This document shows, piece after piece, positions 1 through 9,763 of a DNA stretch of 35,874 bases. Numbering within the stretch: the first letter of the stretch is position 1; the number at the start of each line of letters is the position of its first letter. The notes beneath the pieces were generated by a model that saw only the letters and a list, made by a program, of their open reading frames with translations, ran no database searches and was not told the origin of the DNA. Source of the DNA: a virus (lineage: Duplodnaviria > Heunggongvirae > Uroviricota > Caudoviricetes); the IMG/VR virus record IMGVR_UViG_2913172373_000003, positions 1 through 35,874 of that record; one strand, 5' to 3'. A program made the position numbers and the translations under genes.

Positions 1-1542
1 TGGCAGCATGATTTCACGGTCTAGCGTCAGTGTCCGCGTCTGGCTGTTCACCGCCAGCACGCGCCCGCCGATGCTGATGCCCGCATAGTCATCATCGCAG
101 ATTTCAATGACATCGCCCGGTACATGGCGAAGCCCTTCTGCGCCCACGCTGAAGTCCACGGTCTGCGTTTCCAGCAGCTCCGTTTTAATCAGCCACAGCC
201 CGGCGCGGTGTGCCTGCCCCCGGCTGGTACAGCCAAAAGCATCCATCTTCGTGACGTTACGACCGTAACGGGCAATGGCCTGCGTGTCCTCCACAAGCTC
301 TGTCGCCGTCTCCCAGCCGTTATTCGGGTCAATCCAGTTCACCTCAACGGCATTATGGCGGTCCTTCAGGGCGCTGAAGCTGTAGCGGAACGGCGCGCCA
401 TCATCCGGCATCACCACATTACTGCGGTTATAGGTCCACACCTTATCCGACGGTCGGTCCTGCACGAACGTCAGCGTCTGTCCGTTCCATACCGGCATAC
501 AGCGCATCGCCGAGCAGAAATCGCTGAGCACATCCCACGCCTTACGCTGTGTGGTCAGGTAAGCGTTACAGGTGATGCGCGGCTCCGTGCCACCAAAGCC
601 ATCCGGCACTGACTGATCGCAATACTGGCCGATGACATACAGCGCCCATTTGTCCACATCCGCCGCACCAAGACGTTTCCCCATGCCGTAGCGCGGGTGG
701 GTCAGCATATCCCACAGACACCAGGCCATGTTGTTGCTGTATGCCGGTTTAAACGTCCCGTCCCAGATACCGCTGTATTGCCGCGTCTGCGGGTTATAGT
801 TCGACGGCACCTGCAGAATGCGCCCGCGAAGATGATAATTACGGCTCACCTGCTGGCTGCCGAACTGTTCCGAGTCCACCTGCACGCCGACCAGTGCCGT
901 GTTCGGGTAGCACTGTTTCACATCGATGATTTCGGTGTATGACGACCAGAGCGTTTTGTTCTGCAGCTGGTCTGTGGTGCTGTCCGGCGTCATCCTGCGC
1001 ATACGGATATTAAACGGGCGCGGCGGCAGGTTACCCACCACCACCGAGGCCAGATACTGCGAGGTGGTTTTGCCCTTAATGGTGATGTCTTTTTCCGTCA
1101 CCCAGCCACCGTTACGCTGTATCTGAACCAGCAGGCGGACTTCCGATGGATTCCGGTCACCCTTTGAGGTGGTTTCCACCAGAGCCTGCACACCGAAGGT
1201 AAAGCGCAGACGGTCGATGTTTGCAGACGTAATGGTGCGGGTGATCGGCGTGTCATATTTCACTTCCGTACCCAGTACCGTCTCGGAACCTGATGATTCA
1301 AATCCCTCCGGCGGAGTCTGTTCCTGCTCACCGGCACGGAACACCACCGTGACACCGGAGATGTTGGTATTCCCCTCACTGTCCAGCACCGGCGTACTGT
1401 TCAGCAGCACGCTTTTTAATCCATCCACCGGACCTTCAATCGGCCCTTCGCTGATGGCATCAATCACACTCAGCAGTTGCGTGGACTTCAGGTTGTCCTT
1501 CGCTTCGCGCGGGGTATGCCCCTTACTGCTTCCTTTGCCCAT
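1..1542 (-). CDS. J: tail tip / host specificity protein J, N-terminal 514 codons only (gene runs off the window start)
   Basis: Minus-strand frame open from ATG (complement of 1540-1542) to position 1; begins MGKGSSKGHTPREAKDNLKSTQLLSVIDAISEGPIEGP, matching lambda gpJ N-terminus as remembered; TGGAG SD upstream; lies downstream of I as in lambda. Confidence 0.85.
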   Translation of the reverse strand, partial: MGKGSSKGHTPREAKDNLKSTQLLSVIDAISEGPIEGPVDGLKSVLLNSTPVLDSEGNTNISGVTVVFRAGEQEQTPPEGFESSGSETVLGTEVKYDTPITRTITSANIDRLRFTFGVQALVETTSKGDRNPSEVRLLVQIQRNGGWVTEKDITIKGKTTSQYLASVVVGNLPPRPFNIRMRRMTPDSTTDQLQNKTLWSSYTEIIDVKQCYPNTALVGVQVDSEQFGSQQVSRNYHLRGRILQVPSNYNPQTRQYSGIWDGTFKPAYSNNMAWCLWDMLTHPRYGMGKRLGAADVDKWALYVIGQYCDQSVPDGFGGTEPRITCNAYLTTQRKAWDVLSDFCSAMRCMPVWNGQTLTFVQDRPSDKVWTYNRSNVVMPDDGAPFRYSFSALKDRHNAVEVNWIDPNNGWETATELVEDTQAIARYGRNVTKMDAFGCTSRGQAHRAGLWLIKTELLETQTVDFSVGAEGLRHVPGDVIEICDDDYAGISIGGRVLAVNSQTRTLTLDREIMLP

Positions 1543-1602
1543 TCGTCATGCTCCATAAACGACAAAACCGCCCGGAGGCGGTTTCACATGAAATATTTTG
1601 CA

Positions 1603-2250
1603 TCAGCGGCCAATCACCACAACCTGACCACCGTCCCCTTCATCTGCCGTGCTGATCTCCTGAGAAACCACACGAGACCCCACGCGCATTTCACCGTACA
1701 GAACAGGCAGAACATTGCCCTGGGCAACCATGTTATCCAGTGATGAGAAATAGGTGTTCTGCTTACCGTTATCCGTGCTGGTCGCTGTGGGCGTCCGGGC
1801 TTTCGGTGCCAGCATCTGGGCCACACCACCCAGGATCATACTGGCCCCTGCCGCATACATGCCCGATACAGCCGCGGCACCCAGCCAGCCCACAGGGTTC
1901 CACCATGCCACCGCAATCAGCGCCGCCCCCAGCACCACCTGAAACACACCGCCACTTTTAGCTCCCGCCAGACGCGGCACGATGTGGATCACGGCACCAT
2001 TTGCCAGCGGCTCATTAAGACGGGCAGATAATTCGGTTTCACCTGCATCACGCCCGGCAATGCGCACCTGATACCAGCCGTCATTCAGTTTCTGACGAAA
2101 CGCCGGGAGCTGTGTGGACAACGCCCGGATGGCTTCAGCCCCCGTTTTTACACGAAGGTCGATGCGGCGGCCAAATCGTTGTAAATCCCCGTAAAGGCAG
2201 ATGCGTGCCATGCCCGGTGACGCCAGAGGGAGTGTGTGCGTCGCTGCCAT
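1603..2250 (-). CDS. I: tail assembly protein I
   Basis: 215 aa ORF MAATHTLPLASPGMARICLYGDLQRFGRRIDLRV..., close to lambda gpI from memory, Gly/Ala-rich hydrophobic middle, conserved C-terminus ...SQEISTADEGDGGQVVVIGR; overlaps 3' end of K. Confidence 0.85.
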   Translation of the reverse strand: MAATHTLPLASPGMARICLYGDLQRFGRRIDLRVKTGAEAIRALSTQLPAFRQKLNDGWYQVRIAGRDAGETELSARLNEPLANGAVIHIVPRLAGAKSGGVFQVVLGAALIAVAWWNPVGWLGAAAVSGMYAAGASMILGGVAQMLAPKARTPTATSTDNGKQNTYFSSLDNMVAQGNVLPVLYGEMRVGSRVVSQEISTADEGDGGQVVVIGR

Positions 2251-2891
2251 TTGTCGGTATACCTCTCTCGTTTGCTCAGTTGTTCAGGAATATGGTGCAA
2301 CAGCTCACCGTCGCCGCAGTAAATGGCGGCATGATTCGGCACCGATGAACCAAAACAGCACAGCAGCACATCGCCCGGCTGCGCCGCTGACAACGGCACC
2401 TGATACAGCCCTGTGGCCTCCAGATTATCCAGATAGAGATTCTGACCGTTACACCACCAGTCATCCTCACGATGAAAGTCCGGCATCTCAATCCCCGCCA
2501 GATGATAAGCATCCCGGAACAGCGTGTAACAGTCCGTCACCCCGTGCTCAAAGCGCCGCCCGGTAAGATGCGGCACACAGCGGAATTTATGAATCTCACC
2601 CCGGCAGACCAGCCACCAAGGCAAATCGCTCTGCACCTGCAGCCGCCTGTCAGCCTCACTCAGCCAGGGCAGACCACCGGGGTGGCTGTGGACCAGTGCC
2701 ACAATCTCACCCTGCATCTCTGCCCGCAGCCAGTCCTCCGGCGACATCCGGAAATACGCCTCCGGCTCACCGGAGATATTCACGCAGGGAAAATATCTTT
2801 CCCCTTCCGGCGTTCTCACCACGAAGCCGCACGACTCCGCTGGCGCACATCGCCGGGCGTGCGCCAGAATCGCTGATTCTGTCTGTGTCAT
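2148..2891 (-). CDS. K: tail assembly protein K (JAB/MPN-like plus NlpC/P60-like)
   Basis: ORF-track frame 2148..2933 trimmed to ATG giving MTQTESAILAHARRCAPAESCGFVV... (lambda gpK-like N-terminus); HSHP metal-site motif; starts 5 nt after L stop. Confidence 0.8.
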   Translation of the reverse strand: MTQTESAILAHARRCAPAESCGFVVRTPEGERYFPCVNISGEPEAYFRMSPEDWLRAEMQGEIVALVHSHPGGLPWLSEADRRLQVQSDLPWWLVCRGEIHKFRCVPHLTGRRFEHGVTDCYTLFRDAYHLAGIEMPDFHREDDWWCNGQNLYLDNLEATGLYQVPLSAAQPGDVLLCCFGSSVPNHAAIYCGDGELLHHIPEQLSKRERYTDKWQRRTHSLWRHRAWHASAFTGIYNDLAAASTFV

Positions 2892-2895
2892 GGGA

Positions 2896-3594
2896 TTACT
2901 GCGAAAGTTTGTTAATGGAAAGGAAGCCGCCAAAGTTGCCGACGTTATTGCGAAACTTACAGCCGCTCAGGCATTTGCTGCATTTATCCTTCGTGATATC
3001 GGACGTCGGCTGGTCATATTCATCCGCGACAGCCGGACCATGATAACCGCACTCATCACCGCGATAGGTCCAGGTGCAGGTGTTGGCCAGCATGATGCGC
3101 CCCGGAAAAACAGCACCATCCGTTTCCGTCGGTGTGGAGAGCACAAAGGAGGCACTGACCGCACTCAGTTCGCTGCACTGCTCGATGCGCCAACGGCTGA
3201 TCACCTCCTGCTCCGGATCGGCGTCGCTGTTTCCGTTGACGAAGTTCACCGCATCAAGAAAACGGGCGTAAACCTTACGCCTGACCACCGTTCCGCCGAC
3301 CAGACTCTGCAGGTCTTCCGCCATCCCGGTGACCATGCCGTGCAGGTTAGAGACCGTCAGTGTCGGACGGGCAGCACTGCCCTTACCGTTCAGTTCAAAT
3401 CCCGTCCCCTGAATGGGGTATGCCTGATACTGCCGCCCCTGCCAGGTGACCGGCTCACCTTTTTCGTTCTGCTCATTACAGAAAAAATAACGTTCACCAC
3501 CGACCTCTGTCAGATCGATTTCCCAGAGCACCACCTGGGCTGACTGAGTAAGGCGTGTCGTCTCATGATGTGTTTCCTGTGGAATATCCTGCAT
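2896..3594 (-). CDS. L: minor tail protein L
   Basis: 232 aa ORF MQDIPQETHHETTRLTQSAQVVLWEIDLTEVGGERYFFCNEQNE..., nearly co-linear with lambda gpL including C-terminal Cys cluster. Confidence 0.9.
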   Translation of the reverse strand: MQDIPQETHHETTRLTQSAQVVLWEIDLTEVGGERYFFCNEQNEKGEPVTWQGRQYQAYPIQGTGFELNGKGSAARPTLTVSNLHGMVTGMAEDLQSLVGGTVVRRKVYARFLDAVNFVNGNSDADPEQEVISRWRIEQCSELSAVSASFVLSTPTETDGAVFPGRIMLANTCTWTYRGDECGYHGPAVADEYDQPTSDITKDKCSKCLSGCKFRNNVGNFGGFLSINKLSQ

Positions 3595-3603
3595 CAGAGC
3601 CTC

Positions 3604-3933
3604 CTATGCCACGACCTGTTCAAAATCTGCCGTTATGGTTACCCACAGCGCCCCTACGCTTGCCGACCATTTACGACAAACCACCCTGATCGGCTTCCAG
3701 TCATAAGGTGGCGTCCACTGAAATGCGCGGACGCCACCGTGCCGTTCCAGAAAGGCTTTTAAAGATGGGTGTTCACATTTACGAACACGTATCGTCACGC
3801 TGTAAGTCGACAACTGGTTATTCAGTCCCGCCGCACGACGCTGTTCATAACCATCGCCCAGCTTCACTGTCACCACTTTCGGCTCTGATACCACATTCAT
3901 ATCCGGGCGCACTTTCCAGTGAAACGTCTCCAT
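3604..3933 (-). CDS. M: minor tail protein M
   Basis: 109 aa ORF METFHWKVRPDMNVVSEPKVVTVKLGDGYEQRRAAG..., same length and position as lambda gpM; start overlaps tape-measure stop. Confidence 0.9.
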   Translation of the reverse strand: METFHWKVRPDMNVVSEPKVVTVKLGDGYEQRRAAGLNNQLSTYSVTIRVRKCEHPSLKAFLERHGGVRAFQWTPPYDWKPIRVVCRKWSASVGALWVTITADFEQVVA

Positions 3934-6900
3934 TACCGATATGCTCCACTTAACCGACCACCATCACGGGCCTGCTGTTGCATAAAGTCCGCTGCCGCTT
4001 TTTTCCCAAGGTCATAAACCACCTTCAGGGCAGCCGGACCTATCTGCCCGTTCGTGCCATCGTTATTGATCTCGATGTTGTACTGCGGGGCAAACATCGC
4101 CATACCTGAACCACCAATATCCGCTACAACCCCCAGCTTACCGTCAGCACCACGACGCAGTGGTAGAATGGCTTCAGGTCCAGCTTCCCCCATCACACCC
4201 GCGCCTTTTGCAAAAGCAAAAAACGTCGGACGGTTAACCACCGTGCCACTGTAGCGACTCAAATCAGCCGACTGATAAACACCGCCATCAGCATTGGCTA
4301 CAAAATCAAAAGGCAGCGCGGAAGCAATGCCTTTTACCGCTTTCATTAAAGCTATCTGAGCCATGATTCTGGACATATCTGACAGCACAGAAGAAGTAAA
4401 AGATTTGAAATTGAGTTTGCCTGTAGTACAGAATGTCGCCAGCCAGTCACTCATGCTACTGAACGCAGACGTGAACAACTGTTCCACTGTCCCGGCTGTG
4501 TTATCCGCATTCTCAGTGACATTCTGGAGTGCACGCAGGACTCCGTTTTTCCAATTACCCTGAGCAATTTCAAGCTGTTGCCAGTAACGGCGATTCTCAT
4601 TCAGTTGTCGGTTCAGGCTCTCCGTCAGCGCCTGCTCGGCCTTTCTGTAGTCATCCGTGTTATATGTCCCTTTCTGCTCACTATCCCGCCTCAACTGCTC
4701 CAGCTGTTGCTGGTATTTCTGGCGAAGACTCAGTTGTACCTGATATCGCTGCCGCTGCTGATCACCCATACCCACCGTGGCGATATCCAGGTCATGTTGC
4801 TGACGCTGAGCGCGCTCTTCTTCAGCCAGTTGACTGGTCAGCTGAATTGTTTTTTTCTTCAGCTCGTTGAGTGCCGTCTGTTTCTGAAGCTCCTGCTGTT
4901 TTACATCCAACAGCATCAGTGCCTGAATCAGTTCATCTTTACGGGCCAGCACACTCTTTTCATCTGCCGTCAGTTTTTTCCCGTCCAGGTCGCTGATGCG
5001 CTGCTGCAGAGCCAGAAGCTGTTTATGCGCTTCTGTCATCCTGTCAGTGGCAATGCCTGCTGACTGTCTGGCAGCAGCAATCTGCCCTTCCACCTGTGCC
5101 TGTTGCTGACTGTACTGCAGCAATAACCGGGTGGCCTCATCATTACGGGTTTCGCGTGTTTTTTTCTTACCGGATGCCAGGGCTTTCTCGTAACGTTCAT
5201 TTTCACGTTGTATCGCCGCATCCCTGACAGCCTGATCGGCGTACTGCATGGCATTAATACGCGCAATTTCACGCTGATGTCGTGCTGCTTCCGTTTCATT
5301 CATCCGGTTCAGTGCAGCATTTTCAGCATTACGGCGTTTCTGTTGCTCCTGATAATTCCGCTCTGCCTGCTCTTTTGCATCCTGCAAATCCTTCTGGCGT
5401 TTTTTCTCCTGAAGATCGTTAAGACGCTGCTGATCGTATTCAACCTGAGAAGATGATGCCGTCCAGGGGAGTCTTTTCGCCCGCGACACTTTCTCCTGTA
5501 AAGCGGCAATCTGTTCATCCAGCGAGTCTTCACGACCAATATTCATGGCCGCATCCCAGAAACGACTCCACAAATCAGACAGATACTTCAGCGTACTGCC
5601 CAGCGCATTGAGGTTATTATCAATATCCGCAGTACGCCGACCGGTTTCCTCTGCCAGTGCAGACATGGCTATCCGTGCAGCATCACTGGACCGTCCCTGA
5701 TCCCCAAGGACGCGTATCTGCTCAAGCTGAGTGGCAGTAAGAAAATGCAGCTCATTGTCCAGAGCCTTCGCGGCATTTACAGGATCATCCTTCAGCCGCT
5801 TAAACTGATTTATGGTATCGCTGACCGACTGGCCAACCGATCGCTCCATCTGTGCGGCAGCTCTCGCCACCATACCGATATCGTTTCCACGAAATGCACC
5901 ACTCCCCACCACCTGAGCCAGCGCACCGGCTACAGCATGTTGCGTGATACCATTCCCGGAAATAGCACGACTGAGCGTCCACAGCTGCCCGGCAGTGACT
6001 CCGGCATAATGCCCCGTCAGCGACAGCTGGCGGTTAAATTCTTCCCCCTCCTTCTGACCGTCATACCAGGCTTTACCCAGACCATAGACAGCCGCGGCAA
6101 TACCGCCAATAACCCCGCCAAGCATCATGCCTTTCGGTGACATCAGTGTGTCTATCCATCCGGCACGGTTAGCCAGCGTTATCCCGGATCCCCTCAGCGC
6201 CCCTAAATTGCCGCGGGCCAGTTCACCTATCAGAACGCCTATCTCCTGGCGGGCTGCTGCACTTTTCAGACCCAGCGAATGAGTGGCTTTTCCTGCCTGC
6301 TCCATTTTGCGGATATACACTTCTGCAGCACTGCTTACCCCCAGCTGGGCAGCCTTAGCACGAAGCAACTCAGAAGATGAAAGATTCTGGCGGGTTGCCT
6401 GCTCTTTAAGCTGACGGATAAACGCCACTTTCTGTCGGGTAGCCTCTTCCTCAGCCTGTGTAAGAACACGGGTTTTCGCCGTAACCTCAGAAATCAGCGC
6501 CAGATAATCCTGCTGACCAATCCCGCCACTGTTTCTGGCCTGTCGGATCTGCTGCTGAATACGCTGTAATTCCTGCAGACCCGCACTGGCCTGTTTCACA
6601 CTGTCAATCTGACGATAAAACGCGGCAGCCGCTTTATCCTGAGCCTCCGCCAGAGCCATGGCCTGTGCCTGTTCCTCGCGCATTTTCTGGCTCAGCGCCT
6701 CCATGCGCTGGCGGGTTTGCTCCACCTCGCGGGCCATGCGTTCATGAGCCTGTGCACTCTTCTCCACCGTCTGCGCATGGACGGATGCGGCGGTTGCAGC
6801 CGAAGAAGCCGCCTGCGTTGTCTGCCGGGCGGCCTGAGTCTGACGCTCCATAAAACGCTGCATACGGGCAGAAGACCGTTCTGCATCGCTGGCTGCACCA

Positions 6901-6989
6901 TTCAGAAGGTTTTTGATACGGGGAATTTCATTTTTAAACTCTGCCGCATCAATCCCCAAATCAATGACCAGGTTGGCTATCTGGTCCAT
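3933..6989 (-). CDS. H: tail tape measure protein
   Basis: Long coiled-coil-rich ORF; start set to ATG (MDQIANLVIDLGIDAAEF, like lambda gpH MAEPVGDLVVDLSLDAARF) preceded by GGAGGTG SD; C-terminus ...INNDGTNGQIGPAALKVVYDLGKKAAADFMQQQARDGG resembles lambda gpH end; ORF-track start 7019 looks like an over-extension. Confidence 0.9.
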   Translation of the reverse strand: MDQIANLVIDLGIDAAEFKNEIPRIKNLLNGAASDAERSSARMQRFMERQTQAARQTTQAASSAATAASVHAQTVEKSAQAHERMAREVEQTRQRMEALSQKMREEQAQAMALAEAQDKAAAAFYRQIDSVKQASAGLQELQRIQQQIRQARNSGGIGQQDYLALISEVTAKTRVLTQAEEEATRQKVAFIRQLKEQATRQNLSSSELLRAKAAQLGVSSAAEVYIRKMEQAGKATHSLGLKSAAARQEIGVLIGELARGNLGALRGSGITLANRAGWIDTLMSPKGMMLGGVIGGIAAAVYGLGKAWYDGQKEGEEFNRQLSLTGHYAGVTAGQLWTLSRAISGNGITQHAVAGALAQVVGSGAFRGNDIGMVARAAAQMERSVGQSVSDTINQFKRLKDDPVNAAKALDNELHFLTATQLEQIRVLGDQGRSSDAARIAMSALAEETGRRTADIDNNLNALGSTLKYLSDLWSRFWDAAMNIGREDSLDEQIAALQEKVSRAKRLPWTASSSQVEYDQQRLNDLQEKKRQKDLQDAKEQAERNYQEQQKRRNAENAALNRMNETEAARHQREIARINAMQYADQAVRDAAIQRENERYEKALASGKKKTRETRNDEATRLLLQYSQQQAQVEGQIAAARQSAGIATDRMTEAHKQLLALQQRISDLDGKKLTADEKSVLARKDELIQALMLLDVKQQELQKQTALNELKKKTIQLTSQLAEEERAQRQQHDLDIATVGMGDQQRQRYQVQLSLRQKYQQQLEQLRRDSEQKGTYNTDDYRKAEQALTESLNRQLNENRRYWQQLEIAQGNWKNGVLRALQNVTENADNTAGTVEQLFTSAFSSMSDWLATFCTTGKLNFKSFTSSVLSDMSRIMAQIALMKAVKGIASALPFDFVANADGGVYQSADLSRYSGTVVNRPTFFAFAKGAGVMGEAGPEAILPLRRGADGKLGVVADIGGSGMAMFAPQYNIEINNDGTNGQIGPAALKVVYDLGKKAAADFMQQQARDGGRLSGAYR

Positions 6990-7290
6990 AACGCACACCT
7001 CCGGAAATACCTTCCCCAAGATGCATCAGTTCTTCGTCCGTTCGCTCCGGTATCCCGTTCTCTTCCGGTAAAAGGCTGAAATCAGCCACCGCAGCATCAC
7101 TGCTGCCGGACACCATTCTCACGATCAATGCCTTCAGCGAGGCAAACTGCGCATCCATCCACACATCACTGAAGCTCTGCATCCGGAAATAATCGCCCCA
7201 CTCACCAAGCTCAGTGGCCGACATTTCCGACAGCATCCGCCGCCAGTCTGCCCGCCGGAACTCCCGGGCAAGCCGCATGACAAACTGCAT
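6961..7290 (-). CDS. T: tail assembly chaperone T segment (expected to be made as a G-T fusion by -1 frameshift)
   Basis: 109 aa ORF in the -1 frame relative to G, overlapping the G 3' end, with no independent strong start context; position between G and H as in lambda. Confidence 0.7.
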   Translation of the reverse strand: MQFVMRLAREFRRADWRRMLSEMSATELGEWGDYFRMQSFSDVWMDAQFASLKALIVRMVSGSSDAAVADFSLLPEENGIPERTDEELMHLGEGISGGVRYGPDSQPGH

Positions 7291-7298
7291 TTCCCGCG

Positions 7299-7685
7299 TC
7301 AGGACTTTTCCGGCGTCAGCGCCTCATGCTCATCATCCCCGGCATTCTCAATGGCCCCCATACCGCTCAGCGAAAGAACCATCTCTGCCCCCGCACCCAA
7401 TGCATCATACGACCATGTTGTAATAACGGATGCGCAAAGCGCCTCTACATCCTTAGACTGATCCGCATTCCACAGTGAGCGGGAAACCAGCCAGGCATTG
7501 ATATCCATCCCCATCCGCAGAAAAGCAATCTGTCGTTCAGCCTCCGGCAGTTCTCCCTCTTCGGCATCAAACTTTGCCGTTCGCTGCTGAACAAACGCCA
7601 GATATTCAATTCTCTGCAGCCCGGACAGCTCACTGAGCACCACGGACTGTTTTTCATAATTAAACGTGCCCTGTTTCAGAAACAT
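7299..7685 (-). CDS. G: tail assembly chaperone G
   Basis: ORF-track frame 7299..7727 trimmed to tandem ATGs (MMFLKQGTFNYEKQ; lambda gpG starts MFLK) with GGTGGAG SD; the ORF-track upstream extension uses TTG inside a terminator hairpin. Confidence 0.8.
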   Translation of the reverse strand: MFLKQGTFNYEKQSVVLSELSGLQRIEYLAFVQQRTAKFDAEEGELPEAERQIAFLRMGMDINAWLVSRSLWNADQSKDVEALCASVITTWSYDALGAGAEMVLSLSGMGAIENAGDDEHEALTPEKS

Positions 7686-7701
7686 CATGTTCTCCACCTG
7701 C

Positions 7702-7725
7702 AAAAAAGCCCCGGATAACCGGGGC
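7702..7725 (-). terminator. intrinsic terminator-like hairpin between V and G
   Basis: Minus-strand GCCCCGG-TTAT-CCGGGGC followed by TTTTTT, 20 nt downstream of V stop. Confidence 0.6.
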
Positions 7726-7745
7726 AAATGATGAGTATCGTCCTG

Positions 7746-8489
7746 TTAACCTGCGGCGCTGACAGTCACCGCAGCCACAGCCACAAAATTCCCGTCAGCG
7801 GTCATGCCCACAATGCTGGCGCTGCCCTGCTTCACGCCTTTCACCGTGGCTACAAGCCCGTTCAGGGTCACCGTGGCAGTCTGTGGATCTGACGAATGCA
7901 CACTGATCGCTTTGTCACTGGCTCCGTCAGGTTTTACTGTAAAGGTCAGCGTGGTGGTTGCTCCCACTTTTACACTGGCAGATGCCGGTGCCACCGTCAG
8001 CCCGGTAACGCTCACTGTTTCAGTGCCTTCCTCTGCCAGATACGGACGCCCCACACCGCTGATTTTCACAGTGCGGGTCATCACGTCTTTTGAGGCAATG
8101 GTTTTACCCAGTGAACTCAGCCAGCCACGGAAAACATCAACAGTACCGTTGGGATATTTGATACGAAACGCGCAGACTTCACCGGAGTCGAACAACTGAA
8201 CCAGTTTTTTCTGCCCGCTGTCACCCGGACGCCAGGCCAGCGTCGCCGAAGTATCACCGACTGATTTCTGCCCCTGGGTTGTCGTTTTCCAGTCTGCATC
8301 TTCATCATCGAGATAAGTATCATCTTCTGCATCAGCGGTCATTTCGCCAGGTTGCAGATCCTTCACCATCGCAAGACGCAGCCAGTCAGTGTCCGACAAA
8401 GGGTTCGCAAATGCGTCGCCGTTGCCGGTATACATCCAGAACGTCGTCCCCGCACCTTTCGTCTTTGCCAGTGGATTTGGTGTGGTCAT
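7746..8489 (-). CDS. V: major tail protein V with C-terminal Ig-like (Big_2) domain
   Basis: Start trimmed to ATG (MTTPNPLAKTKGAGTTFWMYTG, lambda gpV-like) preceded by AAGGAGG SD with 5-nt spacer; C-terminal Ig-like segment ...VSVTGLTVAPASASVKVGATTTLTFTVKP... Confidence 0.9.
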   Translation of the reverse strand: MTTPNPLAKTKGAGTTFWMYTGNGDAFANPLSDTDWLRLAMVKDLQPGEMTADAEDDTYLDDEDADWKTTTQGQKSVGDTSATLAWRPGDSGQKKLVQLFDSGEVCAFRIKYPNGTVDVFRGWLSSLGKTIASKDVMTRTVKISGVGRPYLAEEGTETVSVTGLTVAPASASVKVGATTTLTFTVKPDGASDKAISVHSSDPQTATVTLNGLVATVKGVKQGSASIVGMTADGNFVAVAAVTVSAAG

Positions 8490-8499
8490 TGCCACCTCC

Positions 8500-8901
8500 T
8501 TAATTCGTGTACGTGATCTGGTACGTGATTTCCGCCATCGCCCAGGTGGCCATCTCATTATCACGTTGATAGTTAAAACCGAGTGGGATCAGGGTGTCGA
8601 TGAGTCCGGAAAGTGCCGGTACATCATTCAGGGCCGGGAAAATGGTGCTCTCCATCCACATATCCAGCTCTGAATCCGGTGCCTGTGCCCGGATGAAGAC
8701 AGCAATATGCAGAACAGCCTGCCAGTCATCTTCATCCGTCATTTTTCCGGTGTACTGAGCATCACTCAGCCACACCGCCACGGCAGGCAGTTCCTGCGCA
8801 TCAACAAATGCCGGAAGCCCGTCAAAAAACGTGGCGCTGTCTCCACACTGTTCCCGAAGGCGTGCCAGTACGACCTGGCGGATTTGTGTATGTCGGTTCA
8901 T
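8500..8901 (-). CDS. U: tail terminator protein U
   Basis: gpU-like sequence ...ATFFDGLPAFVDAQELPAVAVWLSDAQYTGK...; start chosen at ATG overlapping Z stop (ATGA); alternative ATG 12 nt upstream at 8913. Confidence 0.8.
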   Translation of the reverse strand: MNRHTQIRQVVLARLREQCGDSATFFDGLPAFVDAQELPAVAVWLSDAQYTGKMTDEDDWQAVLHIAVFIRAQAPDSELDMWMESTIFPALNDVPALSGLIDTLIPLGFNYQRDNEMATWAMAEITYQITYTN

Positions 8902-9476
8902 CGGGTCAGCCATAACCTCAGTTGTTGTTTCAGTGCATACCCCAGCTGTTTCGGCATTTCCGCAGCAATGATGCGGTCGCGGGCATCTTCAAATGCCTGT
9001 GTCAGCGGTCCGGACAGCGGGATTTTCACCACATCAATGGGGTAACGATTTTTGCCATCAATACGCCGCATCACATGCCAGCGACCATTCGCCAGTTGCT
9101 GAATAAACGCATCCCGGAAAAGATATTTACCCACCTTCAGCACACTGCCACGGTACTGCAGTTTTCCACCACGCCGGGCCAGTCTGACCCGGGCTGTCCC
9201 CAACTTAATGGCGGGCAGATTGCCCCGGTTAACGCGGATCCTGGCCGTCATTTTTCCTGACGGACTGGCTTTAAGCACCCGGACACGCTGACGTACCAGT
9301 TTCAGGGGGATCCCTTTCACCTGGTTATCTCCCGCAACGGTATTCCCGGCAACCTGCCGGGTGGCAACCGAGACCGCTTTCTGTGCCACACGGTTTATCG
9401 CCCATGCGCTGGCCTGTGGCACCATACGGGTATCAAGGCTGTTCAGATTGCGGATGGCATTCTCAAGCCCCTTCAT
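8898..9476 (-). CDS. Z: tail completion protein Z
   Basis: 192 aa, same length as lambda gpZ, located between FII-like gene and U. Confidence 0.8.
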   Translation of the reverse strand: MKGLENAIRNLNSLDTRMVPQASAWAINRVAQKAVSVATRQVAGNTVAGDNQVKGIPLKLVRQRVRVLKASPSGKMTARIRVNRGNLPAIKLGTARVRLARRGGKLQYRGSVLKVGKYLFRDAFIQQLANGRWHVMRRIDGKNRYPIDVVKIPLSGPLTQAFEDARDRIIAAEMPKQLGYALKQQLRLWLTR

Positions 9477-9487
9477 CCCACACCTCT

Positions 9488-9763
9488 TTACTCAATAAAG
9501 ATCATTGGCTTACCGTTAAAGCGTTCATGCCGTGTGACCGTCCATTGTTGTCCGTCATAAACAACGCGATCCCCGCGCCGTGGGCGGTATCCCGAAGAAA
9601 ACACCACCAGAGAGACCGCAGGTCCGGACAGCGCATTCAGCTCTGCCAGTGTTTCTCCCGGGATCACAGTCATATCGACATCATTAATCGAGGCTGTCTT
9701 TCCCATCTTTCTGACCGTGATAGCATCCATACGCGCTGCCAACCGGGAAAAGGGATCAGACAT
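9488..9763 (-). CDS. head-tail joining protein (gpFII-like)
   Basis: 91 aa ORF; ...RPRRGDRVVYDGQQWTVTRHE... resembles lambda FII ...LRRGDTLTIGEENFWV...; sits immediately upstream of Z. Confidence 0.65.
   Translation of the reverse strand: MSDPFSRLAARMDAITVRKMGKTASINDVDMTVIPGETLAELNALSGPAVSLVVFSSGYRPRRGDRVVYDGQQWTVTRHERFNGKPMIFIE

Noticed and set aside
4054-5456. Several plus-strand ORFs (66-161 aa) inside the tape-measure gene
   Set aside because: Antisense to a well-supported long gene, low-complexity Leu/Gln-rich translations typical of shadow ORFs of a coiled-coil gene; no start context.
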